Assembly: GCA_963653995.1 (NCBI GenBank)
Contig: CAVJZJ010000003.1
Location: forward strand, 40,901-104,900
Direction of reading: 5' to 3'
DNA from: Flexilinea sp.
Lineage (GTDB): Bacteria; Bacteroidota; Bacteroidia; Bacteroidales; Bacteroidaceae
DNA: 64,000 nt
Positions 32,507 to 40,320 of this stretch are shown piece after piece (the stretch's first letter is position 1; each line of letters begins with the position of its first letter). The notes beneath the pieces are model-generated. The model ran no database searches. It saw nothing but the letters and a program-made list of their open reading frames with translations, and was not told the DNA's origin. Both the position numbers and the translations under genes were made by a program.

Positions 32507-32542
32507 AAGGTTTTTTTGTCGTGAGGCAAGGAAACCTTTTTT
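32507..32542 (+). terminator. Intrinsic terminator after hisS
   Basis: AAGGTTTTTTTGTC-GTGA-GGCAAGGAAACCTT followed by a T tract. Confidence 0.65.
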
Positions 32543-32609
32543 AGTGACGGTCGTAACAGAATCAGCCATGTTGGTGAAGCATACCAACGTCGACTGCGAG
32601 TGAAAACCT

Positions 32610-33896
32610 TTAGAATACGCTGATGGTCATATTCTTGTTGTCGATGACCACTTTGTGCCATTGGCGCAGAAAGTCAAGGCCGAGTCTTCCGTATCCTTCG
32701 CTAAGACCGTTGGAGGAGGGTAGGGCAGCTACCTCCACTCCGTCAAGGCTGCATACGGTGTTGCCAATACCAATTTTCGTATGGGGCATACGAAACACGC
32801 TCTCGTATACTATGCCGCCGTACCCATACATTGCCACGACATCCCATTTCCCTTCACGGGCTATTTCAGGGGCAAACGTTTTGTAGTAGGCATACCCCAG
32901 CATACTCTTGGCTGCTCCTGTGTCGAGGGAGACGGCAAAATGTTTTCCGCTATGTTCCGCTTCAACGTATAGCGTGGGTTGCAAGTACAGGTTGCATCGC
33001 CCGTCGGTCTGTTCCGCTTCATGCTCGAAGCGGATGGTCTGTCGGTCTATATCAATGGTGTATTTGGCATATTGCCGGAGAAATGGTTGACCGAGAATGA
33101 GCGAGAAGTTGCGGGTGGTTGAGGCTATCCGCTCATTGCCCTCCGTGAAATCGAGCACGGCGAAGGGTACATTGTGCATCACAATCTCCCCTACAAGTAT
33201 CGAGTCGGCAATAGCCACACCGCCCTTTCCGAGTCGTGTGCCTTGTACGGCAATCTCTGTCTGAAGTCGTCGCAGCCCATATCGGTCGGCCAATTCGGGC
33301 GTGATCACATTGTAACTTGCCCCCGTGTCGAATACAAACCGGTCGGTGCCTCCGTTGATCTTCCCTGCGATGCTCATCAGTGAAGAATCGGTCTGATGCA
33401 CCTTTGTCCATAGAAATGCTACCTCATGGCTCTTGTTGTCGGTCTGGCAGACGGCGATACGGGACAATTCGTTGTAGAGCGTCTGCTGTTTTCTGAATTC
33501 TGCAGCGACCATGCTGTCGCCACTCTCCAGTTGGTCGGCGAAGGTGCCAGCCGTGGCGGCAGCCTTGCTATAGTTGCCGGCATCAGCGAAACTGTTGACC
33601 AATAGTTTCATCATGGTGAAGGTATTGGCTCCTCCCATCTCGTTTTGGTGGCGTCTGAGCAGATGGATGATATTGTCGGCAGTCTCTTCAGGGCGGTTGA
33701 ACACATGATGAAGCATGGTTGTGGAAAACAGACGGATAAATGGTGACATTGCCGTACTATCTGTGCGGTATAAATCTTGTAACTCAAACCATCGATTTTC
33801 GTTCATCATGGTAGCGGCCAAACTATCGGCTTGTTGACACCAAACCGGTGTACAGGCGGTGAAGAGAGTGACGAGGGCAAGGATTGTTTTTTTCAT
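32610..33896 (-). CDS. Exported aspartyl protease with two retropepsin-like domains
   Basis: Signal peptide MKKTIL; FVFDTGAS...ILGQPFL and VSLDTGAA...RLGLDFL. Confidence 0.85.
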   Translation of the reverse strand: MKKTILALVTLFTACTPVWCQQADSLAATMMNENRWFELQDLYRTDSTAMSPFIRLFSTTMLHHVFNRPEETADNIIHLLRRHQNEMGGANTFTMMKLLVNSFADAGNYSKAAATAGTFADQLESGDSMVAAEFRKQQTLYNELSRIAVCQTDNKSHEVAFLWTKVHQTDSSLMSIAGKINGGTDRFVFDTGASYNVITPELADRYGLRRLQTEIAVQGTRLGKGGVAIADSILVGEIVMHNVPFAVLDFTEGNERIASTTRNFSLILGQPFLRQYAKYTIDIDRQTIRFEHEAEQTDGRCNLYLQPTLYVEAEHSGKHFAVSLDTGAAKSMLGYAYYKTFAPEIAREGKWDVVAMYGYGGIVYESVFRMPHTKIGIGNTVCSLDGVEVAALPSSNGLSEGYGRLGLDFLRQWHKVVIDNKNMTISVF

Positions 33897-33987
33897 CGCG
33901 TATTTGTTGGAAGACAATGTTCTGCATCATATTGTGGTAATGCAGGTGGATAGTGCAAAGGTAAGAAAAATCAGAAACACGGATACG

Positions 33988-34145
33988 AAAAAAGGACAGT
34001 TTCTCACGAAACCGTCCCCTCGAAATCAGTAATTAACTCAAAATTTATAATCTAATTCTCACTAACTGTCTATACGTACGTTTGAGATGCTTTTTGTAAT
34101 ATGTGCAATCTAAATTAAATGTACGATTACATTCTTTCTATTTCT
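33988..34145 (-). ncRNA. Candidate stand-alone sRNA (~155 nt)
   Basis: TATCTTTG promoter at 34151-34158, no ORF (only ATG-TAA), terminator GGACGGTTTC-GTGA-GAAACTGTCC-T6. Confidence 0.6.
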
Positions 34146-34235
34146 GGTTGCAAAGATATACAAAGTATCAATACCAAACAAAAAACTTCAATGAATAATG
34201 TGTTTTTATCTATGAATATCTTTCTTCGTGTGTCG

Positions 34236-34343
34236 GTATTCGGGCTCGTGCACTCGGGTATTCGGGCCGAATACTATAGTATTTTAGTCCGAATACTGCT
34301 GTCGTTTGGCCCGAATACTCCAGTATTCTGGCCCGAATACTCG
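34236..34343. repeat. Five ~22-bp palindromic units (GTATTC-n-GAATAC)
   Basis: gtattcgggctcgtgcactcgg / gtattcgggccgaatactata / gtattttagtccgaatactgct / gtcgtttggcccgaatactcca / gtattctggcccgaatactcg. Confidence 0.8.
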
Positions 34344-34433
34344 TAGGTTATGGTTTTTGGGGAGTACCAATGCGGCATATGAGGATCGTTGCTATGGATG
34401 TACTCTTTGGGTTGTTATTGCTTTTTCAAAGGC

Positions 34434-34469
34434 CTGTAATGTCTTTGTCATACGGGGACGTTACTTTTG
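34434..34469 (+). promoter_or_regulatory. Pho-box-like direct repeat plus -7 promoter
   Basis: CTGTAAT-n4-TTGTCAT (11-bp spacing) at 34434-34451, TACTTTTG at 34462-34469. Confidence 0.5.
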
Positions 34470-34509
34470 CATCAAAATTTGTAATTGGTATTAATCTCTA
34501 GAAAAGGAT

Positions 34510-35517
34510 ATGAGAAAGATTGTTTTCAGCGTTTGTGGCAAAGGTGTTGCCGCTTTCGTGTTGGCCACAAGTTTACTATTATGTGGTTTACGGGTACAGG
34601 CACAAACTGTCGCAGCGTCGATGGTAAAAGAGCAAGATGCAATTGCTGCCGAATGGCAAAAACTCAAGGGTGAGATAACGCTCTATATGACCAATGACAT
34701 GGGGCGCAATGGCTACTATGACCAAAAGCCTATCGCCGAACTGATGGGTGAGATGGCGGGTGTGGTAGATCCAGAATGTGTGCTTGCCGTGGGCGACATC
34801 CACCACTTCAATGGTGTGGCTTCCACGCAAGACCCTTTATGGATGACCAATTATGAGTTGATATACTCCCATCCCGACTTGATGCTCGATTGGTTTCCCG
34901 TTTGTGGCAACCACGAGTACCGGGGCAATACACAGGCCTTCATGGACTATGGCAAGGTAAGTCGCCGCTGGATGATGCCTGCCAAGTATTATACCAAGGT
35001 GTTCGGTCACAAGGGTACTACCGTGCGTGTGGTTTTTCTCGACACCACGCCCCTTATCGACTCCTATCGTGAGGACACTGATGTATACCCCGATGCTGGC
35101 AAGGAGGATATGCAGGCACAACTCTCCTGGCTGGATACCACACTGAAGAACGCTAAGGAAGATTGGGTCATCGTGGTGGGGCATCATCCCATCTATGCCG
35201 AGACGGGTAAGAAGGAGTCAGAACGTATCGACATGCAGAACCGTCTGCTTTCCGTTCTTCACAAATATAATAATGTGGCCATCTATGCCTGTGGTCACAT
35301 TCACAACTTTCAGCATATCCGGAAGAAGGGTGACAGTATCGACTATGTGGTCAACTCGTCCTCCTCGCTCTCCCGTCCAGTGAAACCTGTCGACGGCACC
35401 GTATTCTGCAGTTCCGCCTCTGGTTACTCCGTGTTTACGGTAGACAAGAAACAATTGCGTATGTCGATGATAGACAAGGACGGAAAGGTCATCCATACAG
35501 TCACAAGGATGAAGTAA
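34510..35517 (+). CDS. Exported calcineurin-like metallophosphoesterase (acid phosphatase/TRAP-like)
   Basis: DMG, GDIHH, GNHEY, GHHP, GHIH motifs; signal peptide. Confidence 0.9.
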   Translation: MRKIVFSVCGKGVAAFVLATSLLLCGLRVQAQTVAASMVKEQDAIAAEWQKLKGEITLYMTNDMGRNGYYDQKPIAELMGEMAGVVDPECVLAVGDIHHFNGVASTQDPLWMTNYELIYSHPDLMLDWFPVCGNHEYRGNTQAFMDYGKVSRRWMMPAKYYTKVFGHKGTTVRVVFLDTTPLIDSYREDTDVYPDAGKEDMQAQLSWLDTTLKNAKEDWVIVVGHHPIYAETGKKESERIDMQNRLLSVLHKYNNVAIYACGHIHNFQHIRKKGDSIDYVVNSSSSLSRPVKPVDGTVFCSSASGYSVFTVDKKQLRMSMIDKDGKVIHTVTRMK

Positions 35518-35564
35518 TCTAACCAGGTGTGATTTTTTTAGAATACGCCTATAATCTACAATAG

Positions 35565-38348
35565 ATGAAAAGACTATTGATCAGTGCGGCGCTCATAGCC
35601 GCTACGGCCAGTGCCTCGGCGCATACGCTCGACGGCTTGGTGAAGGATAACAAGACGGGCGAACCGCTCATCGGCACCGTGGTGCGGGTGAAGGAATTGC
35701 CTGGTGTGAGTACTACGACAGGACTCGATGGTACATTTACCTTGCATGAGTTGCCCGATAAAGGACGATTTACGCTTATCGTCTCCTACATGTCGTACAA
35801 GACCAAGGAGATTGTGGTCGATGTGGCCGGCAAAAACAAGGTAGACATCCCTATGGATGAGGATACTCAACAATTGGGTGAGGTGGTAGTGGTCGGACAC
35901 AAGGAGTACCGCAGCGACCGCTCGGCCATCGATTTGGAGAAGACTGCCACGGGCGTGCTCAACGTGATGAGCCAACAGAGTATACAACTCTCGCCTGACG
36001 TGAACGTGGCGAGCGTATTGCAGCGCGTGTCGGGTGTGACGATGGAGCGCGATGCTTCCGGCGAGGCATCTTACGCCATACTCCGAGGTATGGACAAACG
36101 ATACAACTACACATTGGTGAATGGTGTGAAGATTCCGAGTCCCGACGACAAGAACCGCTACATTCCCTTGAATATCTTTCCTTCTGACCTGATGGACCGA
36201 CTTGTGGTGTCGAAGTCATTGACTGCCGACATGGAAGGCGATGCTGCTGGTGGAGTGGTGGATATGGTGATGAAGGACGCACCGTCACACTTCCAACTCC
36301 AGGCGAATGCTGCCGTGGGTACCACCGACTATTTTTGGAGTGGCAGTCGCAACTATCTCTCCAGCAATCGCGGCGACTATACCAAGAAGGCCCCCTATGA
36401 GACTTTCGGGTCGGAATACAAGGCATCGATGAATGATTTCAAGAACGGACCTACGCGGGTGAAAAGTCATTCTATACCAGCGCCCAATTTCATTGGCGGG
36501 CTCTCCGTAGGCAACCGCTTTTGGCACGATCGTCTCGGCGTGATGCTCGCTGGAAGTCTGCAAAATATCTTCCGCGGTACTGAGCGTACCTACAACTCTG
36601 TGAAGATGGCTTCGGGACAGCAGGCCATGTATATATCCAGTCTGCAGCACCGCTACTACAGCATCCACGACCTTACGGCAGGAGCACATGCCAAGTTCGA
36701 CCTAACGTTGGGTGACCACAAACTGGAATGGTACAACATGTATATACGCACACGTTCACAAGGCATCCGATACAACAATAGTATCAGCACAGAGTACATC
36801 GGTGATGATACCTATACACAGGACGATGAGACCCGATCCTCTTCACAGACGCAGAGCATTTTTGCCACCAACCTCAAGGGCACACATCATCTTACCAAGG
36901 ACTTTACCCTCGACTGGTCGGGCATTTTTTCCCAAGCCAAGGAGGAAGACCCCGACCGGACTTACGTCACCTTGACCAATACGGTGCAAGCCACCGATGG
37001 TGTGGACGGTTCGCTCTGGAGCAGCAACAAGAACATACAGAAGACCCTGCCCAAGAGTGCCGAGCGCAGATACCAGCACAATAAGGACACCGATTGGGCT
37101 GGCTACATCAACCTCTCTTACGACACACATTTCGGTAGCGGTGTCGATGCCCTCTGGAAGGCTGGAGCGCAGTATCGCCGCAAGGAGCGCAGCAATCGCT
37201 ACTACTCCTATATCTTCAACCCTGCCGATATCTCGCAGCAGTTAGACGGCAACGGCTTCGACCAGTTCGCCAACGTCGAGTGGACTTGCAAGACTCCATA
37301 CTCACAAGCATCCCAACTCAATTACGACTCTAAGGAACATATCGGTGGCGCCTATGCCATGGTAACGGTGAAGAGCAAGTGGGGCGAGTTGTATGCCGGT
37401 TTCCGCGCCGAGCACACCAACCAGATCTACACCATGCTGCAGAAGTTCCGCAATATGGGACAGGTGGGTGAACAGAGTTACTGGGATTATCTTCCGTCGG
37501 CATCTATCAAGTGGACACCCAACGAGAAGATGAACGTGCGCCTCTCTTACTATCGCAGCATCAATCGCCCAGGATTCTACGAGATTGTGCCTTACCAGCT
37601 GATGGGCGAGGAGTATCAGGAAAAGGGCAATCCCAACTTGATGCGTGCCCGTATCGACAACATAGACCTGCGGTGGGAGTGGTTCCCCAGCAAGACAGAA
37701 CAGATACTGGCAGGCGTGTTCTACAAGTATCTCAAGGATCCTATCGAGCAGGTGTTCGTCACCTCCGACGGAAAGATTGGTGCCGGAACCGATGCCTACT
37801 ATATGCCCGACAATCTCGGCAACGCCAAGAACATGGGTTTCGAGATAGATGTGATCAAGTATATCCGACACTTCGGTGTGAAGGCGAACTACACCTATAC
37901 CCACTCTGTGATCACCACCACCAAGCGTGAGTATCAGGAGGGTAGTGCCGAATACAAGACTGGGGTAATGCAGACCCGTCCCTTGGTGAACCAGGCTCCG
38001 CATACCGCCAATCTCTCATTATTGTATAAGGATACAGAGAACGGATGGAACGCACAATTGGCGGCTTCCTACACGGGTACAAAACTCGCCCTCGTGTCGC
38101 CTTTCAAGGATGCCGACCAATGGGACAAGGCTATGTTCAGTCTCGACCTCAGTGCCGAGAAGCAATTCAAGAACGGCATCTCCGTATTCCTCAAGGCTAA
38201 CAATCTCCTCGATGCAAAGCGCGAACGTTATCTCAAGACCGTGAACCAGAGTAATTTGGAATATGAGGGACAGACGAGCGACAAGACCATCGTGGGAACG
38301 TACAAATACGGTAGGACTTTCCTATTGGGAGTAAGATACAAATTATAA
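35565..38348 (+). CDS. TonB-dependent receptor with N-terminal carboxypeptidase-regulatory-like domain
   Basis: TGEPLIG, LRGMDKRYNYTLVNG, SKSLTADMEGDAAGGVV, GNPNL, NNLLD. Confidence 0.92.
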   Translation: MKRLLISAALIAATASASAHTLDGLVKDNKTGEPLIGTVVRVKELPGVSTTTGLDGTFTLHELPDKGRFTLIVSYMSYKTKEIVVDVAGKNKVDIPMDEDTQQLGEVVVVGHKEYRSDRSAIDLEKTATGVLNVMSQQSIQLSPDVNVASVLQRVSGVTMERDASGEASYAILRGMDKRYNYTLVNGVKIPSPDDKNRYIPLNIFPSDLMDRLVVSKSLTADMEGDAAGGVVDMVMKDAPSHFQLQANAAVGTTDYFWSGSRNYLSSNRGDYTKKAPYETFGSEYKASMNDFKNGPTRVKSHSIPAPNFIGGLSVGNRFWHDRLGVMLAGSLQNIFRGTERTYNSVKMASGQQAMYISSLQHRYYSIHDLTAGAHAKFDLTLGDHKLEWYNMYIRTRSQGIRYNNSISTEYIGDDTYTQDDETRSSSQTQSIFATNLKGTHHLTKDFTLDWSGIFSQAKEEDPDRTYVTLTNTVQATDGVDGSLWSSNKNIQKTLPKSAERRYQHNKDTDWAGYINLSYDTHFGSGVDALWKAGAQYRRKERSNRYYSYIFNPADISQQLDGNGFDQFANVEWTCKTPYSQASQLNYDSKEHIGGAYAMVTVKSKWGELYAGFRAEHTNQIYTMLQKFRNMGQVGEQSYWDYLPSASIKWTPNEKMNVRLSYYRSINRPGFYEIVPYQLMGEEYQEKGNPNLMRARIDNIDLRWEWFPSKTEQILAGVFYKYLKDPIEQVFVTSDGKIGAGTDAYYMPDNLGNAKNMGFEIDVIKYIRHFGVKANYTYTHSVITTTKREYQEGSAEYKTGVMQTRPLVNQAPHTANLSLLYKDTENGWNAQLAASYTGTKLALVSPFKDADQWDKAMFSLDLSAEKQFKNGISVFLKANNLLDAKRERYLKTVNQSNLEYEGQTSDKTIVGTYKYGRTFLLGVRYKL

Positions 38349-38400
38349 TTTGCAATTAATAATTAGGGGCTTACGCCTTTGATAAAATGGATTTTAAAAA

Positions 38401-39783
38401 ATGAAAAAGCTCAATACTTTCGCCTGTATGCTCGCCTTGGCTGCAACGGCATTGTTCTCCACCTCTTGCGAGAACGACAATATCAATCCTTACGACTACA
38501 ACAACAGTAGCAGTGACAATACCAATAAAGGTTCCACCGACGTGGTGAAGACCGATGTGGCAGAATATCCTGTCGGTTCCGTGGTGTGGACCAAGGATAC
38601 CACCCTCAGCGAGAGCGTGGAGATACCCGTGGGTACATCGCTCTACATAGAACCGGGTGTGACCGTCACCTGTAAGTCGGCTGTGCAGGTGCCCATCGAG
38701 ATCGTGGTGCTTGGCAACCTCTACTGCATGGGCTCCGAGGAGAAGCCCGTCACCTTCACCTCTGACACCAAGAAGGCCGAGGACTGGGGCGGCATCATCT
38801 GCGGCTACAATTCCGAGGAGGTGGTACTGCGTCATGTGGATATCGCTTATGCCGGAGCCACACCTACGGAGAGTTCTATCTCCTTTCAGAACAAACTTTT
38901 CAAGACCACCATCGACGGTGGCGTGCCCGCCTTTCATTTCTGCAATGTGAATGGCAAGTTTGTGATGGACGGTTGCTTCTTTCACGACAACTACAACGAC
39001 CAAACCTATTTCACCGGTGGCAATGGCATCATCATCAACAATGTCTTTGCCGATAGTGGCAATGCTGCCGATGGTGGCGAAGCCATCAACGTGAAGTCTG
39101 GCTGTAAACTCGATATTGCCAACAACATCATCTACAATGCTTGCACCAATGCTTTCAAACTCTCCAATGCCGGCAATAGTGAGACCGTTCCCCTCACCGA
39201 GATGGCCGCCTACAATAATACCATTGTCAACTGCGGTTGGCGTCGTTCCAAAAACAAGAAAGGTGGTAGCGTATGGGTAGAGAAGGCCGCTAAGCCCGTG
39301 TTTGTCAACAACCTCATCTACGATTGCCGTTTCGGTCTGAAACAACCCAAGCAAGACGGCGTGGACATGGAGAATAGCCGTCTCACCCCCAACTACTATT
39401 TTGCTTCCACAGAGACGGGTGTGACGCAGATGGCGAAGAATGCAAGTCTCGGCATTTGGTTTGATTCCGATATCAAGAGTCTTGCGGCAGGGGAGTACAA
39501 TCCCCTCTTCGCGAATTTCAAGCAGAGTGAGAAAATGAATGTCAACTGCGAGGTAGACGACGTGGAGAAAGGTGCTCCCCTGACATACGACAAGGCCTGG
39601 AATTTCCATTTGCAGTCTGGTAGTCCGGCTCTCGTGGGAGGTGTCACCGATTTTACCCGTGTGTTTCCTTCCGGCCTCCCGTTCTTTGGTATGAAGAAGG
39701 TCAACTTCATCGACAACGGCAACGACCAAAACTACTACTACACCGCTCCCTTGCCATGCGCAAGGTTTGGAGCGTGGTTGTAG
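38401..39783 (+). CDS. Surface lipoprotein with probable right-handed beta-helix
   Basis: Lipobox FSTSC followed by acidic ENDN; IEPGVTV, PVTFTS..WGGI, Asn-ladder repeats (NNIIYN, YNNTIVNCG, NNLIYDC). Confidence 0.75.
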   Translation: MKKLNTFACMLALAATALFSTSCENDNINPYDYNNSSSDNTNKGSTDVVKTDVAEYPVGSVVWTKDTTLSESVEIPVGTSLYIEPGVTVTCKSAVQVPIEIVVLGNLYCMGSEEKPVTFTSDTKKAEDWGGIICGYNSEEVVLRHVDIAYAGATPTESSISFQNKLFKTTIDGGVPAFHFCNVNGKFVMDGCFFHDNYNDQTYFTGGNGIIINNVFADSGNAADGGEAINVKSGCKLDIANNIIYNACTNAFKLSNAGNSETVPLTEMAAYNNTIVNCGWRRSKNKKGGSVWVEKAAKPVFVNNLIYDCRFGLKQPKQDGVDMENSRLTPNYYFASTETGVTQMAKNASLGIWFDSDIKSLAAGEYNPLFANFKQSEKMNVNCEVDDVEKGAPLTYDKAWNFHLQSGSPALVGGVTDFTRVFPSGLPFFGMKKVNFIDNGNDQNYYYTAPLPCARFGAWL

Positions 39784-39794
39784 AACGCTTTTTA

Positions 39795-39987
39795 GTGACG
39801 GTGAAAAAATAAGTTGGTATGATTTGCGGCTTATATTTTTGAGATGTTTTTGTCTCTTGAAGAGGGAGCATAGCGGGCTATGTGACCGATGAAAGAGGCA
39901 AAAACAGCCAAAAAGATAAGCCGGACAACCGTCCAAATATGTATTTCATAGTTTCCAAATCGTACCAAGTTATTTTTTTATCGTCAC
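39795..39987. mobile_element. MITE-like hairpin element, copy 2
   Basis: Near-identical to 42-231; TTA on both flanks (39792-94, 39988-90); 11 bp after the lipoprotein stop codon. Confidence 0.85.
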
Positions 39988-40016
39988 TTAGCAGTTTTTA
40001 CTGTTTCCTAATTACC

Positions 40017-40057
40017 GAAAAGGGTTCAGTCGGCATTCCCCCGGCGGAACCCTTTTC
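40017..40057. terminator. Hairpin, likely terminator
   Basis: GAAAAGGGTTC...GAACCCTTTTC. Confidence 0.6.
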
Positions 40058-40320
40058 TAGGACTCTCCTTACCACTCCGCTTTCTCACCGAGTATCGTAT
40101 GAAAATGTGATATCGTATCCATACCTAAAGACTTGTGATGAAGTTTCGGTGGCGATGCATTTTGTTTTGTCGTTTTCGAAAAAAAAAGCAAAAGTTTGCT
40201 TGGCGTGGAATAAATATGTAATTTTGTTTGTTGCGTAACAAGTATAGCGCAAATGGAAGGTAAAATGTAAGGATACGTTTTGCTGTGGATACTTATTTAT
40301 TTATATATAATGTAAGTCGT

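Noticed and set aside
38371..39936. 521-aa antisense ORF starting inside element copy 2
   Set aside because: Considered as a possible transposase, but it is the antisense shadow of the lipoprotein with no DDE, HUH or recombinase motifs.
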